DNA of 64,000 bases from the IMG/VR virus record IMGVR_UViG_3300025634_000002, positions 6,973 through 70,972 of that record. One strand, given 5' to 3'. The translations under genes were made by a program, and so were the position numbers. The notes beneath the pieces are model-generated. The model made no database searches and had not been told where the DNA came from. It worked only from the letters and a program-made list of their open reading frames with translations. This document shows positions 18,196-26,885 of the stretch, in pieces. This DNA comes from a virus. Within the stretch, counting starts at the first letter, position 1, and each line of letters opens with the position of its first letter.

Positions 18196-18605
18196 GCTTT
18201 CTCCGGCACGATCGCGGAAAATAGATCGTCCGGGATTCCAGCACTCGTCACTACCTGGCGCATCCATTCCTCGAGCATGAGGCCGCGGGCCAGGGCGAGC
18301 TTGCTCAACACCTGCCGCTCGTAAGCGGTCAGCGGGACGGGAACGTAGATGGCGTTTCGTTGCCGACCGAAATCCTCGAGGTCGGCGTAGCGATATACCG
18401 CTCGTATCGTGTCGCCTGTCGTTCCGTCGTTCAGCGACCTAGCGATGTCGGTCGCCTGATGCCCTCGACCTGTGAGGAACCCGATACGGATCGATTTCTT
18501 GGTCGTCCATTTCGGCTCGAATGGGGGATGTCCTAATCTTTCCGGTCGACCATCCAGCGAGCAAAAATCACTCGATTGGTCGATCTCGTATGCGACGTCG
18601 GACAT
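18192..18605 (-). CDS. putative DNA-binding protein
   Basis: HTH-like GHQATDIARSL and C-terminal RHH-like segment. Confidence 0.5.
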   Translation of the reverse strand: MSDVAYEIDQSSDFCSLDGRPERLGHPPFEPKWTTKKSIRIGFLTGRGHQATDIARSLNDGTTGDTIRAVYRYADLEDFGRQRNAIYVPVPLTAYERQVLSKLALARGLMLEEWMRQVVTSAGIPDDLFSAIVPEKA

Positions 18606-18779
18606 TGACGGCCTCAGTGCGGGAACAGGACTTTAGAAGATTTTGATCTAGAGGTCTACGAGAGCTACCGCCGCTCGATTTCATCGCAGGACACGGCTGG
18701 CCTGACCAGTGACGAGTTCCGCAAAGCTGGTGAAGTGGTGCTTCCATATGACCCTTATTATCAGGCTTGTCCGTAAGTG

Positions 18780-19286
18780 TCACGGCGTCTCTGGTTTGGC
18801 AATCGCGTCACGGGAGCGAATTGCGGCGCGGGCTGCGAGAAGTTCGTCGCCATAGTTGGGGCCTGTATATCGGCCGCCGTGGAGTTGCTGGAACGTAAAC
18901 GCGCCATCGACGTAGGGTTTGCATTCGTCCAACTTGTCCACGAGCGCGCTCAGCGCCTCGCGCAGTCGGGTGAGTTCGGCTTCGGCGACAAGGGCGCGCT
19001 TCTCCATTTCATCAGTGGTCTGCCGAAGGGCCTTGGGCTCATCGATGGCACCCACCATACTGCCAGCCCACTCGTTGGCTTGATCGCGTTCACGTCGCGC
19101 TTCGTCCCTCTCGGCTGTTACAGATGCGAGAGAGTCAGCGGCGAGGCGCAGGGTATCGACCAAATAGGGCGCGTCAAGGACTCGGACGTAGCCGTCCTGC
19201 ACATAGCGCGCGCCTTCCATCATGCGGCTCAACTGGATGACTAAGCCACGAAGGCACTGCTCGATCAGATCGGTGGGCTCGGTCAT
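18780..19286 (-). CDS. nin-like region coiled-coil hypothetical protein
   Basis: VTAERDEARRERD, AEAELTRLREAL. Confidence 0.6.
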   Translation of the reverse strand: MTEPTDLIEQCLRGLVIQLSRMMEGARYVQDGYVRVLDAPYLVDTLRLAADSLASVTAERDEARRERDQANEWAGSMVGAIDEPKALRQTTDEMEKRALVAEAELTRLREALSALVDKLDECKPYVDGAFTFQQLHGGRYTGPNYGDELLAARAAIRSRDAIAKPETP

Positions 19287-19516
19287 TTCGTCTCCGGGGC
19301 GAGGGGGGTGCGCTCGGCCGGGCTGTCGATGGTCATTGTCATTCCGCAGTGCTTGGGCCAGCCGTGACGAAGCGCGTGGGCGCTATCGACGCGCTCGGAG
19401 TGACCGCAAACAGTGCACCAGACGACGCCACGCTTAAGCTGCGGCACCTCGGCCGCGATGCGATCATGCAACCCCGTGGCGCGCGAAAGAATGGCTGGAA
19501 CGTCGATGCTGGCCAT
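19283..19516 (-). CDS. small zinc-ribbon protein
   Basis: VWCTVCG...GWPKHCG. Confidence 0.65.
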   Translation of the reverse strand: MASIDVPAILSRATGLHDRIAAEVPQLKRGVVWCTVCGHSERVDSAHALRHGWPKHCGMTMTIDSPAERTPLAPETK

Positions 19517-20107
19517 CTACCTCTCCCGGCTGGGCGTATCTTGAGAGTTGGCAAGGGCGTGGATTTCAGCGGCAGTTTTGGCGTCATCGATGCTGCCGGC
19601 TTGTCTCGCGCGGCCGCCGGGAACGGCGTAGAATGAAACCCCGGCGTCGTCAGTCCATGCGTGATAGGCCCCCCTCGGAGTTGTAGCCTCGAAATTCGTA
19701 GGGCCGAAAAGGGTCCACGCCAGCACCATATCCCCTTGAGGGATGGCGAGGGCGGTGCGGATGCGACGGTCGTAGTCGGCTTGGGCAGCGGCTTTGGCGA
19801 GGTCGAGAGTGTCGTATTTGACTGGAGACGGAGCGCTCTGCTTAAGCCAATAAGGGCCAGAGCGGAACCACCAGATTTGGTAGTAGGCCAGCGGCGGGTT
19901 CGCGTGGATGGTGTGGAAGTCCTTGTCGTTGCCGGGATCGTCGCGCCACTCCAGTTCCTTGATCGCCACCGGCTGTGGGGATGCGTAGAGGGTCTCGACA
20001 CATTTACGCGGGCCAGAGCACCAATGTGCATCAGCGCTGTTACCGGTATAGTTCCAGTATTCGCTGCCAATGGTTTTGTAGCGCCACGCCACCGGTTCAT
20101 CAGACAT
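19517..20107 (-). CDS. hypothetical protein
   Basis: EPVAWRY, IKELEW, AKAAAQADYDRRIRTAL, typical of accessory phage genes. Confidence 0.65.
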   Translation of the reverse strand: MSDEPVAWRYKTIGSEYWNYTGNSADAHWCSGPRKCVETLYASPQPVAIKELEWRDDPGNDKDFHTIHANPPLAYYQIWWFRSGPYWLKQSAPSPVKYDTLDLAKAAAQADYDRRIRTALAIPQGDMVLAWTLFGPTNFEATTPRGAYHAWTDDAGVSFYAVPGGRARQAGSIDDAKTAAEIHALANSQDTPSRER

Positions 20108-20558
20108 TTGGCCATACCTCCCGCTTCATAATCAGTTGAATAAGACGGCGACTGACGTTGAAACGCCGCGCTAGACTGTGCTTGTTTTCCCCGCCGCTCG
20201 ACGCGGCCCGGATTTCAGCCACGCGAACTTCATCCAACTTGGCCGAGGCGTTCTTCGTGCCGGCCTTGGAGCGGCCTTTGACTACCATGTCGCGGCTGTT
20301 GATCTGCGGCGTGCCCAGGAATAGGTGGTCTGGGTTGACACACGACGGATTGTCGCAGCGGTGGCAAACCAAGGTGTTGGCCGGAATCGGACCGCGAAAC
20401 AGCTCATACGAGACGCGATGCGCTTGGAGACCTTTGCCGGCATGACTGAGATAACCGTAGGGCTTACGATCTGAATGAACGCGCCCTTCCCAAAGCCAAC
20501 AGCCACTCATCGGCTCGGCAAGGTAGAGAGCGTTAAACTTTTCTTCCAGCGTCCTCAT
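20100..20558 (-). CDS. HNH homing endonuclease
   Basis: GCWLWEG, AHRVSYE, VCHRCDNPSCVNPDHLFLGT. Confidence 0.9.
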   Translation of the reverse strand: MRTLEEKFNALYLAEPMSGCWLWEGRVHSDRKPYGYLSHAGKGLQAHRVSYELFRGPIPANTLVCHRCDNPSCVNPDHLFLGTPQINSRDMVVKGRSKAGTKNASAKLDEVRVAEIRAASSGGENKHSLARRFNVSRRLIQLIMKREVWPNV

Positions 20559-20767
20559 TTCTTCACCGGCTCGCTCTGTGCCTGCGGAGCGCGGGATGCG
20601 CACATGCGAGCCCACTGTTCGACGGCACGATCACGAGCGCCGGGTTCATCGGCAAAGGCCGTAGTCTGTGCCCAACATTTAACGCACTGCACGAATACCG
20701 TTCCATTCGCGGCAGGGTTGAACAGGTGACCTTCGCCACCACAAAGACAGGCTGGAAACTTGCTCAC
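20555..20767 (-). CDS. Lar-like zinc-ribbon protein
   Basis: ACLCGG...VQCVKC...A..QW. Confidence 0.55.
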   Translation of the reverse strand: MSKFPACLCGGEGHLFNPAANGTVFVQCVKCWAQTTAFADEPGARDRAVEQWARMCASRAPQAQSEPVKK

Positions 20768-21480
20768 TCGTCGGCCCTCGCCATATCAATGCCCGCATCG
20801 ATGGCCGCGCCGACCATCCGCTCTAGACGATCTCTTGGCGTGCCGCCTTTGCCTTCCTCACCGTTGAACCAGCGCACGGCTACGTCGTGGCTGAGTTCCT
20901 TCACGCGGTCGTCAGTGCGCCATCGGCGCAAGGTGTGGGCAGGCGGCGCCTCCTCGCTCGGCTCTGCCTTCGGGGCGCGCGGTATGGCGAGGGGAAGGAA
21001 CGACTTCTCCGCACCCGGCCCCCAAACCTCGTCTCGATACGAACTGAGTCCTGGCGTCCCGTAGAGGGCCGCGCTAATCTCGCGCAACGTCTCAGCGAGT
21101 TGGTTCGGGCAATGCTCGCCGCGCTCAAATCGGTAGCACGTCGAGCCGCTGGAACTGGTGTGCTCGCAACCGGGGCAGCAGTCGATGGCCTTGACCTCGG
21201 CCGCGATATTCTCGGGAGCGCAGAGCGCCGTCGAGTAGTAGATCGCGAAGGTGAGCCGCGCCAGTTGGTCGACCGTGTAGGCTTCTGGGCGCACCACCCC
21301 ATCCCCATCAGTGGGGAGCCGGGAGGCGCGGTCGAGCATGATGGCTTGCTCGAACGATTGGCCAACGGCGTCGAATTGCTCGGCAGTTAGCGTGCTGTTG
21401 AGGTGGTCCAGAACGAGGGTGAAGCGTGCCTTGTCAGCCAGCTTGCGCACGTCTGGCGGCACTATCGGATTACTTGGCAT
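20764..21480 (-). CDS. hypothetical protein
   Basis: 238 aa ORF in operon with a Cys cluster. Confidence 0.55.
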   Translation of the reverse strand: MPSNPIVPPDVRKLADKARFTLVLDHLNSTLTAEQFDAVGQSFEQAIMLDRASRLPTDGDGVVRPEAYTVDQLARLTFAIYYSTALCAPENIAAEVKAIDCCPGCEHTSSSGSTCYRFERGEHCPNQLAETLREISAALYGTPGLSSYRDEVWGPGAEKSFLPLAIPRAPKAEPSEEAPPAHTLRRWRTDDRVKELSHDVAVRWFNGEEGKGGTPRDRLERMVGAAIDAGIDMARADE

Positions 21481-21504
21481 GGGGGTCCTCGGATAGAATG
21501 GCGT

Positions 21505-21855
21505 TCACGAAATTGCGCCGTTGGTGATGAAGCCGTGCCAGTGCCCGGAAGCGCTCGCGTCCACACTCGGCGTGACTGTCATGGTCGAGAAATCATCGCC
21601 GGTGACGGTCCACGCGAACATCTGTTTCGCCGGCACGATGTCGCCATGCGAGTCCGGATGAAGCTCAGCGAGGGCTTGGAATTGATCTCTAGCCTTGAGC
21701 GGACGGGTGGTAACGGATAGCCGCGTTTTCTGGCAATGAGGACAAAGGAACGTAAACCCGGCCAGCGACCTCTCTTTGTGGATCAGCGGCTCGCCTGTAG
21801 CGATGGGGCGGTCGAGAGCATCGAACCAGCGCGGATCGAGATCAGTCAGTCGCAT
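21505..21855 (-). CDS. DUF6527-like protein (paralog 1)
   Basis: FLCPHC...TVTPSVDASASGHWHGFITNG. Confidence 0.7.
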   Translation of the reverse strand: MRLTDLDPRWFDALDRPIATGEPLIHKERSLAGFTFLCPHCQKTRLSVTTRPLKARDQFQALAELHPDSHGDIVPAKQMFAWTVTGDDFSTMTVTPSVDASASGHWHGFITNGAIS

Positions 21856-23170
21856 TGCGGGGGTCCTCGGGTTTAGGTTTCGAGATAACTTTCGATCCAC
21901 GCCGTTGCCGCCTCGGCATTGATTGCATTGCCGCAACCTCTGAGTCTGGCGACACGTGCGGGGGCACCGACAATGAGGGGAAACGAACCGACATCCTGCC
22001 AGCCGGACTGACCCCAGCATACCTCTGTGTAATGTGCCATGATTTGTGACAACTGTCGCAAAGGGTCTGAAGATTGCTCGTCTGGTTGTTCGTCCAGTCC
22101 TCGTCCACGTGATGAATAACAAGGCTCTGGGACGTACCGCAGAACTCGCAACGCAGTCCGAGATGCTTTCGAGCCTGCACGTTCATTGCCGATCGGGAAC
22201 TTCCACCCTTGGTTTGAGAGTTGGCGCAGGAAAGCGAGCAGAAACGGCGCTTCTCGAACGCTGTCAAATCCTCCATCCTGCCGCTGTTCAGTATCTTCCG
22301 ATGAAAGAAGGTCCCACAAGTTTCGCACTGCTTCGGTACCGTTTCTTTGATGCCGGAACGACCAACCTTCGACGGCTTTTTCAACTTCTCGAACGCTGCT
22401 ATCCCGCACTCGTCCCAAACTTTGGGCAGACCCATCAACCATCTGCTGTGCGCTGGGTCTAACTGGCCGCCACTTTCCATCCCGGCAGAGGAGCCAGTCA
22501 GCATCTCGCCAGAAACCGTTATTCGGGCCGGGCCCGTCCACTCCGGCCACGTCGCCGGCAGCCCCGACCGTTGTACGTCTGACGCTATGATGCCGTGCGC
22601 CAGCTCCGCTTCCTGTTCCAGCCCTGGAGGTGAAGACTGTCCGCCCCCAGAGCGACGGCCATTGTCCGTTGATGGCGTCATCGCCCTGGCTGATTTCCGT
22701 TGCGTCTGGGCCGTGGGCGTTGACCAGCCCGCCAGCGCCACCGTCCTGCGGCTGCTGTCGTTGTTCCCCGCTTCGTTGTTGCCCTTCTGCGCCGGGGTGC
22801 CAGCCATCGGGGTCGGCCAGCCTGCCAGCTTCGACTGCGATGGCAGCATCTTCTGCATCTTCGCGCCGGGGTTGCCCGAGGCGTCGTCGTTGGCCGAGGG
22901 GGTCAGCCATGAGGCGAGAGAGGTCGCCGCGGTCAGGGTGTCGAACACTCCCCGGCTCCAGCGAACGCCCGAGCTCTGGCTGTCCGCCGACCGCGGCGTC
23001 GGCCACCCAATAAAGCCGGTCGCGGATGTGCGGAGCACCGACGCCAGGATCGCCGGAATGTGCCGCCCGCCCGGCGTCGTCCTGATCTTCACCCGGTGCG
23101 TGTAGAGGCTCGACGCCGTGGTCTCCAGCTTTGCCGCCAGCGCCGCCGCCACCCGTTCTTGCAAGGTCAT
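21842..23170 (-). CDS. C5-MTase beta-type polypeptide (WPTP repeats + motif IX) fused to HNH, overprinted on the MTase gene
   Basis: GWPTP/SWLTP/GWSTP repeats, GQLDPAHSRWLMGLP, then C..C, FCSLSC, CEFCG...HHVD...NN..SNLQTLCDSCH. Confidence 0.75.
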   Translation of the reverse strand: MTLQERVAAALAAKLETTASSLYTHRVKIRTTPGGRHIPAILASVLRTSATGFIGWPTPRSADSQSSGVRWSRGVFDTLTAATSLASWLTPSANDDASGNPGAKMQKMLPSQSKLAGWPTPMAGTPAQKGNNEAGNNDSSRRTVALAGWSTPTAQTQRKSARAMTPSTDNGRRSGGGQSSPPGLEQEAELAHGIIASDVQRSGLPATWPEWTGPARITVSGEMLTGSSAGMESGGQLDPAHSRWLMGLPKVWDECGIAAFEKLKKPSKVGRSGIKETVPKQCETCGTFFHRKILNSGRMEDLTAFEKRRFCSLSCANSQTKGGSSRSAMNVQARKHLGLRCEFCGTSQSLVIHHVDEDWTNNQTSNLQTLCDSCHKSWHITQRYAGVSPAGRMSVRFPSLSVPPHVSPDSEVAAMQSMPRRQRRGSKVISKPKPEDPRNATD

Positions 23171-24155
23171 CTAGCGGCGCTCCCTGATCGCGTCCGCTAT
23201 CGCCAGCAGGACTTCCGGCCCCCAAAACCCGAGCGCGCAGTTCACCGCCAGGCAAACGATCCTGACGTTGCTCAGCACGTAGCCCTTGGTCGGCTCGATC
23301 CGGTCGATCGAAGGCGTGTTCCACTGACGCCCGTTCTGAACCGGCATCGGTAGCCCCGTCATCTCGCAGGTGCCCGTGTCGATCCTCATCTGCAACTCCG
23401 GTATGTGTAGGTCCAGATCGAACGGCAGGAGCATCTTGGACGCGCGCCGCTGCGCGTGCCGAACCAGTTCCTTCGCCCGATGCTTCGTCCGATAGGCCAG
23501 CGAATACTCGGCCTCGGTCTTGCGATGGCGCGTCCGCGTCGTGAGTGGCTTGCGCCGTCTCCGGTCGCAGTCCTTGCACGAGTAGCGGCGCCCATTCCGG
23601 CCCCGCTTCTCCGCGTAGAACGCGGTCAACGGTTTCGTCTCCCCGCACTTGGTGCAGGTCCGCGGCCCAATACATTCGCTGCCGGATGTGGGGTGCGCCA
23701 ACGGCGCTGGAAGGGAAGTCTGCTGCTGCAAATTCATAGCCAACGTGCTCCAAATCGTCCGCGACCAAATCTACCCACCCAAGAGCGTCCTTGCTCGCAA
23801 CCTGCTCTCCAAAGACGACTGCAGGCCGGCACTGCTCGATGAGCCAGAACCAGGCCGGCCATAGGTGCCGCTCGTCAGCAAACCCAGCGCCTTTGCCTGC
23901 CGCGCTGAAAGGCTGGCATGGGCAGCTGCCGGTCCAGACGGGGCGGTCATCAGGCCAACCGGCGCGGCGGAGGGCGTAGGACCAGACGCCGATGCCGGCG
24001 AAGAAGTGGCACTGAGTAAATCCAGCAAGCTCGGCTGGTCGTATGTCCCGAATATCTCGTTCATCGACATCTCCCTGCGCGATGTGGCCCTGCACGATCA
24101 ACTCGCGCAGCCACGCCGCCGCCTTTGGGTCGATCTCGTTGTAGTAGGCCGTCAT
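21873..24155 (-). CDS. DNA cytosine-5 methyltransferase, alpha-type polypeptide
   Basis: HFFAGIG (I), GSCPCQPFS (IV), FGEQV (VI), GAPHIRQR.YW (VIII), RLRGCGNAI (X); no motif IX in this frame. Confidence 0.85.
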   Translation of the reverse strand: MTAYYNEIDPKAAAWLRELIVQGHIAQGDVDERDIRDIRPAELAGFTQCHFFAGIGVWSYALRRAGWPDDRPVWTGSCPCQPFSAAGKGAGFADERHLWPAWFWLIEQCRPAVVFGEQVASKDALGWVDLVADDLEHVGYEFAAADFPSSAVGAPHIRQRMYWAADLHQVRGDETVDRVLRGEAGPEWAPLLVQGLRPETAQATHDADAPSQDRGRVFAGLSDEASGEGTGSARAAARVQDAPAVRSGPTHTGVADEDRHGHLRDDGATDAGSERASVEHAFDRPDRADQGLRAEQRQDRLPGGELRARVLGAGSPAGDSGRDQGAPLDDLARTGGGGAGGKAGDHGVEPLHAPGEDQDDAGRAAHSGDPGVGAPHIRDRLYWVADAAVGGQPELGRSLEPGSVRHPDRGDLSRLMADPLGQRRRLGQPRREDAEDAAIAVEAGRLADPDGWHPGAEGQQRSGEQRQQPQDGGAGGLVNAHGPDATEISQGDDAINGQWPSLWGRTVFTSRAGTGSGAGARHHSVRRTTVGAAGDVAGVDGPGPNNGFWRDADWLLCRDGKWRPVRPSAQQMVDGSAQSLGRVRDSSVREVEKAVEGWSFRHQRNGTEAVRNLWDLLSSEDTEQRQDGGFDSVREAPFLLAFLRQLSNQGWKFPIGNERAGSKASRTALRVLRYVPEPCYSSRGRGLDEQPDEQSSDPLRQLSQIMAHYTEVCWGQSGWQDVGSFPLIVGAPARVARLRGCGNAINAEAATAWIESYLET
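23171..23743 (-). CDS. His-Me (HNH-like) endonuclease nested in the MTase gene
   Basis: CTKCGETKPLTAFY...CKDC; CEMTG...PSIDRIEPTKGY...NVRIVC..VN. Confidence 0.8.
   Translation of the reverse strand: MAMNLQQQTSLPAPLAHPTSGSECIGPRTCTKCGETKPLTAFYAEKRGRNGRRYSCKDCDRRRRKPLTTRTRHRKTEAEYSLAYRTKHRAKELVRHAQRRASKMLLPFDLDLHIPELQMRIDTGTCEMTGLPMPVQNGRQWNTPSIDRIEPTKGYVLSNVRIVCLAVNCALGFWGPEVLLAIADAIRERR
23771..24070 (-). CDS. N-terminal remnant of MTase beta frame
   Basis: Same frame as 23171-23743 and 21842-23170; ends LQSSLESRLRART. Confidence 0.4.
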   Translation of the reverse strand: MSMNEIFGTYDQPSLLDLLSATSSPASASGPTPSAAPVGLMTAPSGPAAAHASLSARQAKALGLLTSGTYGRPGSGSSSSAGLQSSLESRLRARTLLGG

Positions 24156-24505
24156 GCACTTCTGGCCTCCTGGATGGATTTGAGTGCGGCGCGGGCGGCT
24201 TCGCGAGCAGCAACAGCACCGACAGCTTCGAGCGAGTTCGGCGGGAAACTCGCCGCGCAATCGTTGATGGCCTCCAGCACAGCGCGGGAGGGGTCGGTGG
24301 GGAGGGCGCGACGGTTCCATGCGGTTGTCGCGGACGCGATGCTTCCGGCGAGCGGGCCTCGGGCGTCACAGTCGCAGCAGCGGACATACCAGCGCGGCGC
24401 GTTTCCAACCGCCGTCCCTGCCATAGTCACGCCGAGCGTGCGCTGCTCATGTTCGTGCGGGCACGGCTGCAACGCGTCGAGCGGTGCATTGGGTGGGGGC
24501 GTCAT
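24152..24505 (-). CDS. Lar-like restriction alleviation protein
   Basis: LQPCP...YVRCCDCDARGP...AWNRR. Confidence 0.6.
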   Translation of the reverse strand: MTPPPNAPLDALQPCPHEHEQRTLGVTMAGTAVGNAPRWYVRCCDCDARGPLAGSIASATTAWNRRALPTDPSRAVLEAINDCAASFPPNSLEAVGAVAAREAARAALKSIQEARSA

Positions 24506-24729
24506 GGGCGCGCCATTTGCTTGAGGGTTGGCATGGGACGGCCAGCCGCACTTTCGGACCAGCCATCCTTGCTCACATAGGAAAAGTATTGGCCGAGCGT
24601 GAAAGCTGCGCTGTTTAGAATGGCCTTAGCGTTTCCGTCGTTGCAGCCACGCGCCCGCTCAAGCAGGAACTCGACGGCATCCTTTGCGGCGTGACGATAG
24701 CCCTGTTTGTGCTGCTCGCTACGATCCAT
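24502..24729 (-). CDS. hypothetical protein
   Basis: Start trimmed to MDRSEQHK; RBS GGAGG. Confidence 0.55.
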   Translation of the reverse strand: MDRSEQHKQGYRHAAKDAVEFLLERARGCNDGNAKAILNSAAFTLGQYFSYVSKDGWSESAAGRPMPTLKQMARP

Positions 24730-25018
24730 TGGTAGCCTCCTTGATCTGGGTGGATGTGGTGCGAGCGCGGCGGAGGTCGTCCATCGCTTGCGCGAAGGTG
24801 GGCTCTCGGTCGCGGTCAAAACGGACGCGCTTGCTGATGTATTCAATAGCCTCCAATGACCTGTCCAGCGCTTCCCCCGCCTGGGCCAGCAGGGAGCGGA
24901 GGGCGGCGAGTTCGGAGAGGCCGGCCGCAACCTCGTCCATCATAAATGTTCCGGGTGTGGGCGCGCTTGATCCGAAGAAGAAGATCAGTTCGTCAAGGCG
25001 CTGGTCACTTAGCTTCAT
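24719..25018 (-). CDS. hypothetical protein
   Basis: Coupled ORF. Confidence 0.55.
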   Translation of the reverse strand: MKLSDQRLDELIFFFGSSAPTPGTFMMDEVAAGLSELAALRSLLAQAGEALDRSLEAIEYISKRVRFDRDREPTFAQAMDDLRRARTTSTQIKEATNGS

Positions 25019-25508
25019 CGGACGCTCCTTCTAGGGGCATGGCGTAAAGGGCTTCGACCTCGTAGCCTTCTTCTGGAAACGGGCCGGGCTTCGTGGCTGA
25101 CATACGCCACGCAATGTTGCCCATCTTCCCCCATCGCCAACGCCAGCCGATTGGCTTCGCAGCGGCACGCTCGGCGCGGAGGGCGGCGTTCTCAAACCAT
25201 GCATCGCATAGGGCGGAGACGGTGGCAGGGTCCATGCGCGCAACATGCTCACCAGTGAGGCGTTGACGGCGCTCGGCCTCATCTGGCGCGAGGGCTAGAG
25301 CGCCGCTCCCGTTCCCGGTATAGTAGCCCCAGCCGCGTAGCTCGATGACGCGGCCGTGCTCTCCGGGCTCATCCATGAGCGGGAAATCGCCGCCCTTCTC
25401 AGACGGAGCCCATACGTAGGCCGCGAACTTGTCGAGCTTCCAAGGACCGCCTTGAACGCCTTCGCAACCCTCCCGTATCTCCCGCACCTGTTGCTCGGTT
25501 AGGGTCAT
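25005..25508 (-). CDS. Ead/Ea22-like protein
   Basis: GPW...HVARMDPATVSAL. Confidence 0.55.
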   Translation of the reverse strand: MTLTEQQVREIREGCEGVQGGPWKLDKFAAYVWAPSEKGGDFPLMDEPGEHGRVIELRGWGYYTGNGSGALALAPDEAERRQRLTGEHVARMDPATVSALCDAWFENAALRAERAAAKPIGWRWRWGKMGNIAWRMSATKPGPFPEEGYEVEALYAMPLEGASDEAK

Positions 25509-25732
25509 GGCGGGGGCTCCGGCGGCGGGACCGTTTGAAGCAGACTAGGTGCCCATGCCTCTTCTAGTTTCCCGCCGAACCAGACGACAACCGGTTTTGC
25601 GCCGGGCGTGCCGCCCGTTCCCTTCCTTGTGTAACGGACAACCTTACCGCGCCGGCCTTGAAGCTTGGGGAACATCCGCGCGGCGTCAGCAGTTAGGTAA
25701 ACGGTGGACCAAATGGGAAAGGGCTCACTCAT
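25505..25732 (-). CDS. hypothetical protein
   Basis: Start trimmed to MSEPFPIW. Confidence 0.5.
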   Translation of the reverse strand: MSEPFPIWSTVYLTADAARMFPKLQGRRGKVVRYTRKGTGGTPGAKPVVVWFGGKLEEAWAPSLLQTVPPPEPPP

Positions 25733-26048
25733 GGGTAGGCTCCGATTGTTCGGCTTTGGTGATGGCGCGATCAAATAAGGCCAAGACCTCAGCGTGCTCG
25801 TGAGTGTCATTGAAGCCAGTAAGACCGCCGCTGTTGCGCAGGAGGAATTGATCCTCGATATAGTCGGTGACGCGCCGATAGAGTTGGTAAGAGGCGCCAG
25901 ACATTAGATCGATCGACGTATGCCCAGTGACGGCTTTCCTGATTGCTCCGACCGCGCAGAAGCGCCCATGGTCCTCGTAGGCAAAGACGCCCCAATGCTT
26001 CGGATCAGCGATCAGCGCCCGCGCTGCTCTCAGGTCATGGCTCAGCAT
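25725..26048 (-). CDS. DUF6197-like protein
   Basis: L.AARALI.DP..W...FCAVGAI...FND...HAEVLALFDRAI. Confidence 0.65.
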   Translation of the reverse strand: MLSHDLRAARALIADPKHWGVFAYEDHGRFCAVGAIRKAVTGHTSIDLMSGASYQLYRRVTDYIEDQFLLRNSGGLTGFNDTHEHAEVLALFDRAITKAEQSEPTHE

Positions 26049-26400
26049 GGGAGGCTCCTAGGGCTTTAATGAGGGCGCGACAGACGGCAATGCCGCCGGG
26101 CGCAGGGTCCATCGGTCGCGACGAGTCGACTACCTCAACACCACTCTCGGACAGCCACGCCTCGATGATCTGGATACGGCCAGAGCCGTCGCCAAGGCGC
26201 GTCATGCAGAGAACCAAGTCAGACGCTTTGCGCTCGACCAGAGCAAAGGCTGCGTCCACCGAAGTCGAGTAGTGTAAGTGTGCGCTCGAAAATGGGATGG
26301 CATCAGGGTCAGCCCATTGCGTAATGAGCCAATCCAGATCGCTGTCGCCCTTCGTCGCCTCGCTTAGGCGCCGTTCCAGTTCTGCGAGATCAGCTTTCAT
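26035..26400 (-). CDS. hypothetical protein
   Basis: L..RL..AT..D..LD..I, YSTSVDAA, A.CRA. Confidence 0.6.
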   Translation of the reverse strand: MKADLAELERRLSEATKGDSDLDWLITQWADPDAIPFSSAHLHYSTSVDAAFALVERKASDLVLCMTRLGDGSGRIQIIEAWLSESGVEVVDSSRPMDPAPGGIAVCRALIKALGASHAEP

Positions 26401-26642
26401 GGCTTGGTCTTTCGCTGCGGGAATTGAGCGTGAGCGGCCTTGAAGATAGGTTCCATCCACTCAACATCGTCCTCAGCAGCATCCATGCCGTTGAGGATGT
26501 CGCCAAGCTGTTCCATCAGGAGCGCCGAGCGGTTCCCTATGATCTCGGCAATGTCCTGCGGGCCAGCGCCTCCGGCAGCGAACACGACAGCCATATCCGT
26601 GTGGACGAGGGCCAGTTGGCGAGGTGCGCAACGACGCGGCAC
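26397..26642 (-). CDS. hypothetical protein
   Basis: ORF in operon. Confidence 0.4.
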   Translation of the reverse strand: MPRRCAPRQLALVHTDMAVVFAAGGAGPQDIAEIIGNRSALLMEQLGDILNGMDAAEDDVEWMEPIFKAAHAQFPQRKTKP

Positions 26643-26678
26643 TGATCGGAGATTTGTCGAAGGTCGTGCATTGCGAGA

Positions 26679-26882
26679 TCAGCTTTGGTCATGCGTGGGG
26701 CTTTCGGTTGCGAGGGCGAGACGGCCGGCGGGGGTGACCTGCCATTCTCCGTTCTGGTGGGTAGCTAGTCCCAAAGAGATCAGCTTCGCCATCGGACGGT
26801 GGAAACTGCGCGGGAGAAGCCACATATCGCCCCCGTCTAAATGGCGTAGCAACCTCAGTTGCGGTGTGGTCAGCTTACCCAT
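26679..26882 (-). CDS. small winged-helix-like protein
   Basis: KLTTPQLRLL...LISLGLA...VTPAGRLAL. Confidence 0.6.
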   Translation of the reverse strand: MGKLTTPQLRLLRHLDGGDMWLLPRSFHRPMAKLISLGLATHQNGEWQVTPAGRLALATESPTHDQS

Positions 26883-26885
26883 CCC

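Noticed and set aside
23000-23750. Group I/II intron or intein explanation for the MTase insert
   Set aside because: No intein C/S...HN-C/S/T ends in frame 0 and no recognisable intron core; the insert is fully coding and flanked by duplicated host sequence. Not experimentally excluded.
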